Of a stretch of 64,000 nucleotides of DNA, positions 9,397 to 20,421 are shown in pieces. Below the pieces are notes generated by a model, which was given only the letters and a program-made list of their open reading frames with translations, was not told the DNA's origin and made no database searches. The DNA lies in contig CAXXLZ010000002.1 of the NCBI GenBank assembly GCA_963675595.2, forward strand, positions 1,120,001 to 1,184,000, given 5' to 3'. The stretch's first letter is position 1; each line of letters opens with the position of its first letter. This DNA is from Thermodesulfobacteriota bacterium. GTDB taxonomy: Bacteria; Desulfobacterota; Desulfarculia; JACQYL01. The translations under genes were made by a program, and so were the position numbers.

Positions 9397-11577
9397 TCAC
9401 TCGTCGCCGATACGACGGTTCATTTCGTCGAGGACTTTGTGAGCGGCCACTGGAATCACGGTACCCGGTCCAAAAATCAGGGTTGCGCCGTGCTCCCTCA
9501 GGAAATCGTAGTCCTGAGCGGGAACCACGCCGCCCACGATGACGATGATGTCCTCACGGTCCAACTTCTTGAGTTCCTCCATCAGCATGGGCAAAAGAGT
9601 CTTGTGCCCACCGCCCAACGAACTCATGCCGATGACGTGCACGTCGTTTTCCGCCGCTTGAGCCGCGGCTTCCGCCGGAGTCTGGAACAAGGGGCCCACG
9701 TCAACGTCGAATCCCATGTCCGCAAACGCCGTGCTGATTACTTTGGCCCCGCGGTCATGGCCGTCTTGTCCGAGCTTGGCCACCATGATCCTGGGCCGGC
9801 GGCCTTCCTTGGTCTCGAATTCATCGGCCATTTGGCGAACCACGTCGATCTCGTGCTCGTCGGCAAACTCGGCGCTGTAGACTCCGGACACCGAACGAAT
9901 CAAAGCTACGTGACGCCCCGCCACCTTTTCGATGGCCGTGGAGATCTCTCCCAGGCTGGCCCGCGCTTTCGCCGCTTCCACCGCCAGTTCCAGCAGGTTT
10001 CCCTCACCGGTTTCCGTGGCTTTGGTGATGGCGTCCAGAATTTGGCTCACCTTGGTTTCATCCCTTTCCCCGCGCAGTCTCTCCAATCGCTTGAGTTGCG
10101 CCTCCCGAACCGCCGTGTTGTCCACTTCGAGAATCTCGATGGGGTCTTCACTTTCGGGACGATATTTGTTCACACCGATGATGGCCTCCTTTTTGGAATC
10201 GATGCGGGCTTGACGCCGAGCCGCCGCTTCCTCGATACGCATCTTCGGAAGTCCCGTCTCAATCGCCTTGGCCATGCCGCCCAGCGACTCGATCTCTTGG
10301 ATGTGGCCCCAGGCCTTTCGAGCGATCTCCGCGGTCAAGGCCTCCACATAGTAGGAACCCGCCCACGGATCCGCCACCTTGCAGATGTACGTTTCGTCCT
10401 GGAGGAAAAGCTGGGTGTTCCGGGCGATACGGGCGGAAAAGTCCGTCGGCAGAGCAATGGCCTCATCCAAAGCGTTGGTGTGCAGCGACTGGGTGTGCCC
10501 CAGAGACGCCGCCATGGCTTCGATGCAGGTACGGGCCACATTGTTGAACGGATCCTGCTCCGTCAAACTCCACCCGGAAGTCTGAGAGTGCGTTCTGAGA
10601 GCCATGGACTTGGGGTTCTTGGGGTTGAACTGCTTGATGATCTTGGACCAGATGAGCCGGCCGGCCCTCAGCTTGGCCACTTCCATGAAGAAGTTCATGC
10701 CTTCGCCCCAGAAGAAAGACAATCGAGGCGCGAAAGTATCTACATCCATCCCCGCGTTCACTCCGGTCCTGACGTATTCAAGACCGTCCGCCAAGGTGTA
10801 TCCGAGCTCCAGGTCCGACGTGGCGCCCGCTTCCATCATATGATAGCCCGAAATACTGATGCTGTTGTACTTGGGCATGTTCTTGCTGGTGTATTTGAAA
10901 ATATCCGCAATGATGCGCATGGAGGTATCCGGAGGATAGATGTAGGTGTTGCGCACCATGTACTCTTTGAGAATATCGTTTTGGATCGTACCGTTAAGCT
11001 GGGGAAGTTGGACTCCCTGTTCCTCCGCCGCCACGATGTAAAAAGCCATTACGGGAAGCACCGCACCGTTCATCGTCATGGATACGGACATCTCGTCCAG
11101 CGGAATGGCGTCGAAAAGAATCTTCATGTCCAAAATGGAGTCTACGGCCACGCCGGCCTTGCCCACATCGCTGACCACACGCTCATGATCCGAATCATAC
11201 CCTCGGTGAGTCGCCAGATCGAAGGCCACCGAAAGCCCCTTCTGACCGGCGGCCAAGTTGCGGCGATAGAACGCGTTGCTCTCTTCCGCCGTGGAAAAAC
11301 CGGCGTATTGGCGCACGGTCCAGGGCCGCGTCACATACATCGTGGGGTACGGGCCTCCCAGATACGGCGGGATGCCTGCCACGAAGCCCAAGTGCTCCAG
11401 ATGCTTCGTGTCCTCTTCCGTGTAAAGGGGTCTCACTTCTATCTGTTCGTTGGTCATCCACGAAGTCTCGACGGCCTCCCGGGCGACTTCCTCGAACGTC
11501 TTCCGCCACTGAGCTAGGTTCACGTTCCCCTTGCGGGGCTGATAAGACAGGGATGTGAAATCCGGTGAATTACCCAT
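9397..11577 (-). CDS. mutB: Methylmalonyl-CoA mutase, large catalytic B12-binding subunit
   Basis: [10 protein letters not shown] (Tyr89 equivalent), [15 protein letters not shown] and B12-binding GQDGHDRG. Confidence 0.97.
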   Translation of the reverse strand: MGNSPDFTSLSYQPRKGNVNLAQWRKTFEEVAREAVETSWMTNEQIEVRPLYTEEDTKHLEHLGFVAGIPPYLGGPYPTMYVTRPWTVRQYAGFSTAEESNAFYRRNLAAGQKGLSVAFDLATHRGYDSDHERVVSDVGKAGVAVDSILDMKILFDAIPLDEMSVSMTMNGAVLPVMAFYIVAAEEQGVQLPQLNGTIQNDILKEYMVRNTYIYPPDTSMRIIADIFKYTSKNMPKYNSISISGYHMMEAGATSDLELGYTLADGLEYVRTGVNAGMDVDTFAPRLSFFWGEGMNFFMEVAKLRAGRLIWSKIIKQFNPKNPKSMALRTHSQTSGWSLTEQDPFNNVARTCIEAMAASLGHTQSLHTNALDEAIALPTDFSARIARNTQLFLQDETYICKVADPWAGSYYVEALTAEIARKAWGHIQEIESLGGMAKAIETGLPKMRIEEAAARRQARIDSKKEAIIGVNKYRPESEDPIEILEVDNTAVREAQLKRLERLRGERDETKVSQILDAITKATETGEGNLLELAVEAAKARASLGEISTAIEKVAGRHVALIRSVSGVYSAEFADEHEIDVVRQMADEFETKEGRRPRIMVAKLGQDGHDRGAKVISTAFADMGFDVDVGPLFQTPAEAAAQAAENDVHVIGMSSLGGGHKTLLPMLMEELKKLDREDIIVIVGGVVPAQDYDFLREHGATLIFGPGTVIPVAAHKVLDEMNRRIGDE

Positions 11578-13759
11578 GGAGTCCTCCAACGGCTTTCTGA
11601 AGATTAGTCAAAACCTGAAGGCAGTTTGAGCGGATGTGAATGTAGTCGTCCATTCCCGCCTCCCGATAGGATTGCTCATACTCCGAAGCGGGCTTGCCCG
11701 CCAATACGACCTTGACCTCCGGCCGAGCCGCCTTGATTTTGCCTGCCAGAGGCGGCACGATGTCGGGGTAGGTCTTGTCCGTGGAACAGATGACCACGAT
11801 ATGCGCACCCGAAGCCAAAGCCGCGTCCGCCGCTTCTTCAACGGACGAATGTCCAAGATTCGAGATCACCTCAAACCCGCCCACTTCGAAGAATCCGGTA
11901 GAGAAGTCGGCCCTGGCCTTATGCTGAGTCACCGGCCCCATATTGGCCAGAAAGACCTTCATGCGGTTCCCGGTCTTCTGCAGGTATTGTTCGGCCCGCG
12001 CCCGGAGCTCCTCAAAAGGCTCCGAGAGGCGATGAATGCGCAAGGGATCCACTGACCAGGCTTTCGATTCCGCAGGCGACATGGCTTGCGTCAAATCGCC
12101 GAGCGTGGCTCCGGCCGGCACGGCCTCCGCGGCCGATTCCACAACCGTCGCCGAGCCCTCACCCACAGACCGCCCCAAGTCGGCCAAGCGCTCCGTCAAC
12201 TGAGCACGATCACCGCGGGAGCGGTACGCCACGATCTCGTCGACTCGAGCCGCCAGAATTCTTTCGTAATCCACCACCGGCTTTTCCAGGGGCTTTTCCA
12301 ACATGTTGGCATACATATTCGTGCCGACCATCACGTCCTTACGCACGGCCAGACTTTCCTGTTTCTTACCCGCGACCGCCCCCAGCGTTTCCTGCGGCAT
12401 GCCCGCCTTCAAGGCCTCCAGCATGCCTCCCCGCGACTCCACGTCCTGGAACAAAGCCCAGGCTTTCTCACCCAAAGCGTCGGTCAGTACCTCCACATAC
12501 CGGGACCCTCCGGCGGGATCAATGGGATGAGTGAAATGACATTCTTCCTGCAGCACGATCTGCAGGTTCCGGGAGACCCTCCTGGAAAACTCATCCGAGT
12601 TTCTTACCGGCTCGTCGAAAGGCACCACCTCGATGCCGGCGGCTCCGCCCATGGCGGCTGAAAACGTCTCGGCGGTGTTCCTGAGCATGTTCACAAAGGG
12701 ATCGCACGCGGTCTTGTTGTAGGATGATGTTCGGGCGTGGATGACCATCTTGCACGCTTCATCGTCCCCGCCGAAGGCCGACACCACTTGGGACCAGATC
12801 GCCCGTGCGGCTCTCAGTTTGGCGATTTCCATGAAGAAATTGGAACCCACGGAAAAAGAGAACTGCATTTTCCGTGCAATGTCCCCGGGCTCAAGCCCTC
12901 GCTTCGTCAGGGCTCTCATGGTCTCCACCGCGGCCGCTGTGGCGAAGCCCAGCTCCTGCACGGAACTGGCGCCCGCATTATGATAGACGCCGGCGTCCAC
13001 AAGAATCGTCCGCAACTTGGGTGCATGGCTCAAACTCCAGGAAACCGCGGCCGCCAGACCGTCATAGGCCGCTTCCGTATCCAGCCCCGCCGAACCCGCC
13101 ATGACCAATTGCGCCACCGGGTCGGCCCCGATGCATCCATGAAGAACTTGGGGAGATGCGCCGCGTTTTCGGAGCATGGCGCAGAACAGCCCCAGAATCG
13201 GAACCACTGCGGTTCCCCCGTCGATCATCAGAGAAAACCGCTCCAGGTCGATATCTTGAAACGCTTTCTCCAAATCTTCCAGCGTGGAAAGGGAGAGTCC
13301 TCCCTTACCCACCTGTCCGGGCGCAGCCTGATCCGGATCCAACCCCAAACGGGTGGGACGGTCCAACACGACGGTCAGGGCCGTCTGCCCTCTTTCCAGA
13401 TCATGCAGCGCGATCCGGTTGAATTCCTCAGGCGTACTTCCCGGGATGCTTTGGCAGATATCCCAAGGTTTGGCGATATATCCCCCGACCTCGGTGCCCC
13501 GGACATAGGGCGGGAACCCCGGGAACGTCCCCATGTGAGCCAAATTCTCCATGTCTTCCGGCCAGTACATGGGTTTAAGTTGAATACCTTCATAAGTCTT
13601 TGTGAGGACCTTCTTCTCGAAAGGCTCTCCTTTGAGGCTGGCTACCGCCTGCTCGTACCATTCATCGTAGCTCGGGAAAGAAAATTCGGGGAAAAGGCGA
13701 TCCCCACCCGCACTATCTGCTGTTTTTGGTTTTTCGGATTGGTCGGACATGGTTGTCAT
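11570..13759 (-). CDS. mutA: Methylmalonyl-CoA mutase small subunit
   Basis: MCM fold ([26 protein letters not shown]). The DxHxxG motif is replaced by GPVTQHKAR. Overlaps the mutB start. Confidence 0.92.
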   Translation of the reverse strand: MTTMSDQSEKPKTADSAGGDRLFPEFSFPSYDEWYEQAVASLKGEPFEKKVLTKTYEGIQLKPMYWPEDMENLAHMGTFPGFPPYVRGTEVGGYIAKPWDICQSIPGSTPEEFNRIALHDLERGQTALTVVLDRPTRLGLDPDQAAPGQVGKGGLSLSTLEDLEKAFQDIDLERFSLMIDGGTAVVPILGLFCAMLRKRGASPQVLHGCIGADPVAQLVMAGSAGLDTEAAYDGLAAAVSWSLSHAPKLRTILVDAGVYHNAGASSVQELGFATAAAVETMRALTKRGLEPGDIARKMQFSFSVGSNFFMEIAKLRAARAIWSQVVSAFGGDDEACKMVIHARTSSYNKTACDPFVNMLRNTAETFSAAMGGAAGIEVVPFDEPVRNSDEFSRRVSRNLQIVLQEECHFTHPIDPAGGSRYVEVLTDALGEKAWALFQDVESRGGMLEALKAGMPQETLGAVAGKKQESLAVRKDVMVGTNMYANMLEKPLEKPVVDYERILAARVDEIVAYRSRGDRAQLTERLADLGRSVGEGSATVVESAAEAVPAGATLGDLTQAMSPAESKAWSVDPLRIHRLSEPFEELRARAEQYLQKTGNRMKVFLANMGPVTQHKARADFSTGFFEVGGFEVISNLGHSSVEEAADAALASGAHIVVICSTDKTYPDIVPPLAGKIKAARPEVKVVLAGKPASEYEQSYREAGMDDYIHIRSNCLQVLTNLQKAVGGLHG

Positions 13760-14326
13760 CTACTCCTTCATTCCAAGAATTTACGCAATATTGCATGCGG
13801 AAAAGAGCATGGACTCGGGCGAGCCGATTCACCTTTGCAGACCATTTCGGAACTTCGACGGAAAACGGGAGGTGGAAAACAGGTCATGATCGACACAACA
13901 AGGCAAAAGAAAGCACCACCACGCCCCCCGATTCCTCCTGTCGGGAACCGGTTCCGATGGCCTTCTTTCGCAATTGGACGGCCAAGACCCGATGTCTCGG
14001 TTCAAAATTTGAACATACATGGGTTATATCCGGAATGCAATGACTAAATCCTTTCTGTGGCTTACTCGGAATTACCTCCAGAAGACACGACTCGGGTATG
14101 GGAATTTCCCCGCACACCCATGGTCCGGTTCCGAAGTATCGCTCTTTGCATCGACCGATCAATACATGCCCGAGCAGTGAATGGAGAATCCAATTCGGTT
14201 GCTTTGTTCAGAATGTGATATACTTTTTACGGATACGATCGCTTTTTGGAAGCCTTCCTTATCAAGTCGGCACCATAGGCGCCCCCGTCAAAAATCCTCG
14301 ACATCGCCTTGAGAAGGGAACGAACC

Positions 14327-14656
14327 ATGTGTTTGAAGTGCGATGCGCCCAACGACCGTTACTTCGTGCAGGACGCGGAAACCGGGTGGTATTTATGTGA
14401 AGAATGCGGATTCGCGGTGGAGACCTTCACACAGGCCGGATACTCCAATGGGATCTACATTTGGGAAATCAACGCCCATTGGCCTGTCTTTGCTTCCTTC
14501 CAAGAACTGATCCGAAAGGTGGTCCGAGAGAGCGAAGTTCTCCTGCCGGCTTGCAGACTCGTTCAGGAGATTCCCTCCCGATTGCTGACCTTTCTTTTCG
14601 AGCTGCTGGCAGCCGACGAAACCGACGAAAACAAGTCCCAAGAGCCGCTTCAATAG
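14327..14656 (+). CDS. Hypothetical protein with N-terminal CxxC-x16-CxxC zinc-ribbon-like motif
   Basis: MCLKCDAP...YLCEECG. AAGGGA RBS-like sequence upstream. Confidence 0.55.
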   Translation: MCLKCDAPNDRYFVQDAETGWYLCEECGFAVETFTQAGYSNGIYIWEINAHWPVFASFQELIRKVVRESEVLLPACRLVQEIPSRLLTFLFELLAADETDENKSQEPLQ

Positions 14657-15047
14657 ACCCCCGAGCCCTGCGACCCCTCCGCCTATTTTGAAGGGTGACT
14701 TCTCGCCGACCGACTTTACTTCGCTGCCGCCGACAACGTTCCAATCCGTCGAATTCCCTAGAGGAGATGATTCCAAAGCACCCCCTGCCTCGCCGAAATA
14801 CTCTGCTACCGGCCTCTTGAGACGAATCTGAGCTCAGAATCAGCTTTTGCCTTTGGATATCGGGATGTTGAGCTGTTGCAGCCGATGACGATTCCTAGTT
14901 GACAAGACTTTCCACGAGTGATAATAGCCGACCACCCGGCCGGATGAATGCGCTTTTGAAGGAACCCCTTTGTCCGAGGCGGGTTTTCATCCCGGAAACG
15001 GCACGGCCCGCAACCCGAAATCAGGTTTGAAAAACGATGTTTCGGCT

Positions 15048-15175
15048 TGCGGACCGGCAAAACGACATGAAGATGCAGGGCGCGCGAGTTCTGAGAAAAC
15101 GTGGCGTGCGTAGGGAACGCGCGGCGGCGAAGGATCAAGCGCAATCCCCGTCCGGAGTGCTCTTTTCTGCGCCTA
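15048..15175 (+). repeat. Degenerate ~120-bp MITE-like repeat, family B
   Basis: TGCGGACCG..ATGA..GCAGGGCGCGC..CGT..CGGCGGCGAAGGATCAAGCGCAA aligns with 43819-43938. Confidence 0.55.
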
Positions 15176-15305
15176 CCCACACGGCTCATCAACAACGACA
15201 TCCACCAACCCGAGGAACAGAGCCGATGTCCCCGGTGAACCCTCCGAACTGATTGACTCGGAAGCGCCGCCCCACGGGCTTCCACCCAACCTACAGGAGC
15301 GACGG

Positions 15306-15728
15306 ATGGCGAGCGAAATCGAACTACCGGAAGGCTATCAACCTTCCTCCGACGAGCCTTACATGAATCCCAAACACCTCGAGTACTTCCGGCGCAGGCT
15401 CCTCCAATGGCGGAGCGACCTGTTGGCCGAATCAGGGGAAACCCTGGAGAGGCTGCAGGAGGGCATTGCAAAGGAAGGAGACGTCGTCGACCTGGGCAGT
15501 CAGGAAACGGATACGGCTCTTGAACTGAGAACCCGTGACCGAGACCGAAAACTGCTGTCCAAAATCGACGAGGCCATGGAAAGGATCGAAGACGGGAGCT
15601 ACGGATTCTGTGAAGAAACGGGAAAACCCATCGGCCTGAAACGCCTTGAAGCCAGGCCCATCGCCACACTCTCCGTAGAAGCCAAAGAGCGCCGAGAGCG
15701 GGCTGAAAAGCAGCGCAGGCTCGGATAG
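15306..15728 (+). CDS. dksA: RNA polymerase-binding protein DksA, single-cysteine (zinc-independent-type)
   Basis: DxxD coiled-coil tip (GDVVD), RDRDRKLLSKID and GSYGFCEETGKPIGLKRLEARPIATLSVEA. AGGAG RBS. Confidence 0.93.
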   Translation: MASEIELPEGYQPSSDEPYMNPKHLEYFRRRLLQWRSDLLAESGETLERLQEGIAKEGDVVDLGSQETDTALELRTRDRDRKLLSKIDEAMERIEDGSYGFCEETGKPIGLKRLEARPIATLSVEAKERRERAEKQRRLG

Positions 15729-15794
15729 CACTCGGGCAAGCCGCTTTTTGCGGTGTCCTTACCTGTCTCGGTCAGGCACGATCGGACCACCAAG

Positions 15795-15827
15795 GCGACC
15801 CTCCGGTTACGGAGGGTCGCTTTTTTT
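15795..15827 (+). terminator. Rho-independent terminator after dksA
   Basis: GCGACCCTCCG-GTTA-CGGAGGGTCGC followed by T7. Confidence 0.85.
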
Positions 15828-15861
15828 GCCGCGGCAAGCGAAATTCGACGTTCGATTCGCT

Positions 15862-17163
15862 TTACTCTTCTTCCATCTCTTCAAGCTCGACGCCCAGCCG
15901 CTCCCACTGCTCGTCCCGAGCCTTTCGGCCGACCTCGATCTCTTGTTCGCTCCAGGGCTCTATCTCCAAGGCTTCTGAAACCAGCTCCCACAAGTACATG
16001 ACTTCGCACCCGAGGCTGTATTCCTTATCCAGGCTTTTCATGAGCTGGTCTCGGCAATTATGACACGGGGCGATGACCATGTGAGCCCCCGTTTCCTTGA
16101 TCTGTTCCGCCTTCTTCCGACCGTAAAAAATTCTCTCCTCGGAATAAGGCATGGCCCATGCGCCGCCTCCGGCGCCGCAACAAAGGTTGTTCTGTCGGTT
16201 GGTGGTGGTGTCCACGAAATCCGGACAACATTGCTGCAGAATCCACCGAGGTTCCTCGTAATAGCCGTGCCCGAAGGCTTTTTCGGACTTACGTCCGTAG
16301 TTGCACGGATCGTGATAGGTCACCCGTTCCGTGAAGAACTCAGGGTTTACTTTGATACGGCCTGTTTCAAGGTAATGTTTCATCAGATCGTGGACGGACC
16401 ATATCTTGAAATTCTTCATCTCTTCCTTAAACCACTTATTGAGACCTAACCTGGTCGCATAGTAGGCGTGGCCTCATTCGGGTAAAAGGAGGTTGGGGAT
16501 TTTGTAGCGCTGCATGTGCTCCACGATGCGGCCCACGATGGTTTTCATGGACTCGTCGTCGCCGGAGAACAGTCCCCAGTTCACGCCCTCCCAGTTCTCG
16601 CTCGTGGTCGTCCAATCTTCTTTGGCGGCATAGAATATCTTCCACCAAAATTTCATATCGTCGGGTTCGCCGAACGGTTCTTTGGAATTGATGGTTACCA
16701 ATATATTGGCGTTTTCCTTATCCACCGGAACGTAGAATCCCGGACAACATTCATCTTCCATTTCCTGGCCCATCTCGGCCAGCAGGAAGAGAAAGTCGTC
16801 TCTCGGAATACCAAGATTGTTCCCGCGCTCGATGCACATCATGGTACCTTTGTGGATGGGCCCCGGTACCTTGTCCCGTTCCCGCATGCCGCGGGCGGTG
16901 CGCATCATGGCCACAATTTCCACTCCGGCGGGGCAGGCGTACTCGCAACGGCCACAGAGAGTGCACACCCAGGGGAATCGGGAATCCACCAGTTCCTGAT
17001 CCAGACCGAGCGCCGCCATGCGCACCGCCTTTCTGGGGTCCATCCCGTCCACGCCGGTTACCGGGCAGCCGCTGGCGCAGGTCCCGCAGGTAAGGCACAC
17101 ATCGGCCCAAGCGGGATTCACCCTAAGCTTGCCCTTTTCTCGGCTTAGCGTAATTGCTTCCAT
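15862..17163 (-). CDS. Selenocysteine-containing CCG-domain Fe-S oxidoreductase (HdrD/GlpC/HmcF-like), 433 aa, Sec230
   Basis: Track ORFs 16474-17241 and 15862-16419 are in one frame, joined by TGA 16474-16476: LLLPE-U-GHAYY. The paralog at 1-1070 has VTECGHAFR. CxxCxxCxxxCP twice, HDPCN and CCGAGGG. Confidence 0.88.
16443..16456 (-). promoter_or_regulatory. SECIS-like hairpin
   Basis: GACC-AGGTTA-GGTC, 18-31 nt after the UGA. TGAGGCC can alternatively pair with GGTCTCA. Confidence 0.6.
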
Positions 17164-17394
17164 ACAAAATTTCTCCTCCATCATTTGTTGTGAACCAAAC
17201 CACAACTCCCGGCGATCCGAATCGGCGCCACGCAGGCGCAAACGACGGCGTTCTCCAAGAGTGCTTGCCGATCCTATTTTCTTCCAACATCAATGGTCTC
17301 TTCCGCAAAGAGCCCCACGCCCACTCCGGAGGCTTTCCTCACGGTCGATCCCCTCTCTTCCCCTCGTCGGTTCTCCTGCGGTGAATCCCCGAGT

Positions 17395-18771
17395 TCAGAA
17401 AACCACCCGCAAATTATACCGCTTAATCTTGTGTCCCAACGTTTTCCTGTTAATCCCCAAAATTCTCGCCGCCTCCTGCCGCTTTCCCTTGGTGTTTCTC
17501 AGTACAAACTGAATGTAGCGCTTTTCAAGTTCCTCCAGGGTATATTCGCCGTCGGAAAATACCTGAAACTCACCCTGTCGTTGGGTGATAAAACTCGGAA
17601 GATGCTCCGGTTGGATCGTATCCGTGTCCTCCAAGATCAAGATCCTCTCGATGGTATGCTCCAATTCCCGAACGTTACCCGGCCACGGATAGTCGCTCAA
17701 CAGCTTCATCGCCCGGCTCGACACTCCCTTGACCTGCCTGTCGCTCTTCAGATTGTGCTTTTCGATGAAATGGTTGACCAACAAGGGGATGTCGCCCGTA
17801 CGCTCTCTCAAAGGCGGAAGGTGAATGGGAACGACGCTCAGTCGATAGTACAGGTCTTCCCGAAACGTTCCCGCTTTGATGGCTTCCTTCAGGTCTCGGT
17901 TGCAGGAAGCGATAATCCTGATATCCAGCCGAATTCGCTTCTGGCTGCCGACCTTCATGAACTCCCGCTCTTGAATCACCCGCAGGAGTTTGGCCTGGAT
18001 GTTCAGGCTGAGATTGGTGATTTCGTCAAACAAAAAGGTGCCATGGTTCGCCAACTCGAATAGCCCATGCTTGGTCTGATGCGCTCCGGTGAAGGAGCCC
18101 TTCACATGCCCGAACAGCTCGCTTTCCAGCAGGGACTCCACCAAGGCGGAGCAATCCACGGGCACAAATTCATGATCCCGACGAGAACTCAATCGATGAA
18201 CCGCTCGAGCCGCAAGCTCCTTGCCGGTTCCGCTTTCCCCGGTGAGAAGCACCGTGCTGTCACTGGGCGCCGCTCTCCGTATTTTCGCGAAAACCCTCTT
18301 CATGGCGGGGCTTTCTCCGACCAGGGAATCGATCCCCTCCCCGCCGTCGGAATCGCTGTCCTGGACTGAAACAACAGCCGACTCGTTTTCGAGACTTTCC
18401 CGGGCCTTGCGCACAACCGACTCGAGTTCATCCAGGCGAAACGGTTTCACCAGGTAGTCCAGAGCCCCGTGCTTAACGCATTCCACGGCGCCCTCGATCG
18501 AGGGATGCCCGGTAATGATGATCACTGCGGTGTGGGGATACTCATTGCGTATGACCTTCAAGACGGCCATCCCGTCCATTTCGGGCATTCTGATATCCAA
18601 GAGCACGATCCCGAACGGCTCTTCGGACATCCTCTCCAGGGCCTCCGGACCGCTCTCCGCGGATTCCACGCGGTAGCCTTGTGAAACAAGTACCCTCGTG
18701 ATTCCCGTGCGGACCACGGGTTCATCGTCCACCACGAGGACCCGGTCTTTTAAGTCAAGCCTCTCCGACAA
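17395..18771 (-). CDS. Sigma54-dependent response regulator (NtrC family: REC-AAA+-HTH)
   Basis: VLVVDDE, LDIRMP, GESGTGKE, ELFGHVKGSFTGA, WPGNVRELE and a Fis-type HTH. Start uncertain (TTG 18771 chosen). Confidence 0.92.
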   Translation of the reverse strand: MSERLDLKDRVLVVDDEPVVRTGITRVLVSQGYRVESAESGPEALERMSEEPFGIVLLDIRMPEMDGMAVLKVIRNEYPHTAVIIITGHPSIEGAVECVKHGALDYLVKPFRLDELESVVRKARESLENESAVVSVQDSDSDGGEGIDSLVGESPAMKRVFAKIRRAAPSDSTVLLTGESGTGKELAARAVHRLSSRRDHEFVPVDCSALVESLLESELFGHVKGSFTGAHQTKHGLFELANHGTFLFDEITNLSLNIQAKLLRVIQEREFMKVGSQKRIRLDIRIIASCNRDLKEAIKAGTFREDLYYRLSVVPIHLPPLRERTGDIPLLVNHFIEKHNLKSDRQVKGVSSRAMKLLSDYPWPGNVRELEHTIERILILEDTDTIQPEHLPSFITQRQGEFQVFSDGEYTLEELEKRYIQFVLRNTKGKRQEAARILGINRKTLGHKIKRYNLRVVF

Positions 18772-20260
18772 GGCAGTCCTCTGTTTCCGGCACCACGGGG
18801 AGAAGAACCTTGAAAGTGGTCCCGGCACCTTTCCGGCTCTCCACCTCGATCGACCCTTGATGGGCCTCCACAATGCCCTTGACAATGGCGAGCCCCAGCC
18901 CGGACCCGATCACCTGACGCGTACTCGGATCTTTAACTCGATAGAACTTATCGAAAATCTTAGGAATCTCGGTTTCTTCAATACCGATCCCCGTGTCGCT
19001 CACCCGAATCTCCACGTAATTCCCATGAGGAATGATCTCTGCACGAACCTCCCCACCGTCGGGAGAATAGTTGATCGCGTTCGTGAGTAAATTGGTAAAT
19101 AGTTCCTCCATTCCTCTTCGATCGGCGCGGATCACTGTTGGAGCGGTAGGCTGTTCCAGTACCAGACGTATTCTCAGGCTCGTCGCCCTCGCATCCAATA
19201 GGCCCGTGACTTCGGCAATCACTTCATGCAGGTTGAGAGGCACCTGCTCCATGCGGCCATGACCCGCTTCGATTTTGGAGACGTCCAATAGATCGTTAAT
19301 CAATTCAATCAGCCCATCGATCTTGTCGTGGGCGCGCTCTATAAGATGACGTTGTTTTTCGGTCAATTCTCCGGCCAAACCATCCAATATGACTTTATGC
19401 TGCAATTTGATCGCCGTCAACGGTGATCTGAGCTCGTGTGAAACCATGTGCACGAAGTCGTTCTTCATCTCCTCAACTTCTTTAAAACTCGAAATGTCGT
19501 GAAAGACGGTGACCGTCCCCAGGACATGCTCATCCGGTCCGAAAAACGGAGCAGACAACGCCCTAAGCTGGGTTTTTCCTCTTGTAAGTTCTTGGGCGAT
19601 GCGACGGTCCGGGTCTTCACCGGCGTCTTGCAGCAGGCTCTCGATCGACTCTCTCAGAGCCGCATCGTCAAAGTAGTTCGACAAAGGTCCGGGCAGCGAA
19701 GCAGGATTGGACAAACCCAGATGCTGAGACAAGGCGGGATTGTACAACACCACTTCCATGTCCCGATTGGTGACCAGAACACCGTCGCCCATGCAATTAA
19801 TGATGGTTCTAAGCCGGCTTTGCTCCAAGGCCAGGGAATAAAGGTTCCGGGCCTGCTCCTCCTGAAGATCCCGGGCCTGCCGCTCCAGCACCTGCTTATC
19901 GAGGGCCCTGCGTACCACCAGAACCAGATGGTCGATGCGAAAAGGCTTGGTCACAAAATCATAGGCCCCTTGCTTCATGCACTCTACGGCATCAGCAACG
20001 GTTCCGTGACCGGTAATAATGATCACAGGCACATCGGGGTACCTCGTGCCCGTGATCTCAAGCACCTCCAGAGCACCCATGACCGGCATTTTCAGATCAC
20101 ACAAAACCACGTTCACCGGTTCCGTCTCCAACAAATCGAGTGCTTCCCGACCGTTGGCCGCCGTGGTCACCCTGAACCCTTCCGGCTCCAGGAATCGGAT
20201 ACACCCATCGCGGATCACTTTCTCGTCATCGACCACGAGCACGGTGTAGTTTTCATCCAT
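18755..20260 (-). CDS. REC-PAS-histidine kinase
   Basis: N-terminal receiver, then PAS, H-box SHELRSPL, NLLTNAINY, DTGIGI and GSGLGL. Confidence 0.92.
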   Translation of the reverse strand: MDENYTVLVVDDEKVIRDGCIRFLEPEGFRVTTAANGREALDLLETEPVNVVLCDLKMPVMGALEVLEITGTRYPDVPVIIITGHGTVADAVECMKQGAYDFVTKPFRIDHLVLVVRRALDKQVLERQARDLQEEQARNLYSLALEQSRLRTIINCMGDGVLVTNRDMEVVLYNPALSQHLGLSNPASLPGPLSNYFDDAALRESIESLLQDAGEDPDRRIAQELTRGKTQLRALSAPFFGPDEHVLGTVTVFHDISSFKEVEEMKNDFVHMVSHELRSPLTAIKLQHKVILDGLAGELTEKQRHLIERAHDKIDGLIELINDLLDVSKIEAGHGRMEQVPLNLHEVIAEVTGLLDARATSLRIRLVLEQPTAPTVIRADRRGMEELFTNLLTNAINYSPDGGEVRAEIIPHGNYVEIRVSDTGIGIEETEIPKIFDKFYRVKDPSTRQVIGSGLGLAIVKGIVEAHQGSIEVESRKGAGTTFKVLLPVVPETEDCLVGEA

Positions 20261-20421
20261 TGCTTTCCCTCACCACGTCATTTTTCTTCCTCGGCGTGCA
20301 ACATCGCCTTTCAAGGAATTCTCCGACGTTGATCAAGCTTCCCGCGGGAAATTTTCGAGCATCTAATGCACGCATGCGCGTCGTTTTGCGAAGCGCAACT
20401 CCAGCCGTCGCCCCCGCGTAT

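Noticed and set aside
9346-11517. Long plus-strand ORFs (723 aa here; also 23887-25425 and 26476-28872)
   Set aside because: Antisense shadows of well-supported mutase, metF and hdrA genes in high-GC DNA, with no recognisable motifs.
9397-11577. Possible non-methylmalonyl (isobutyryl/alkyl) acyl-CoA mutase
   Set aside because: RQYAGF Tyr and the conserved Arg (MVRNTY) match canonical methylmalonyl-CoA mutase.
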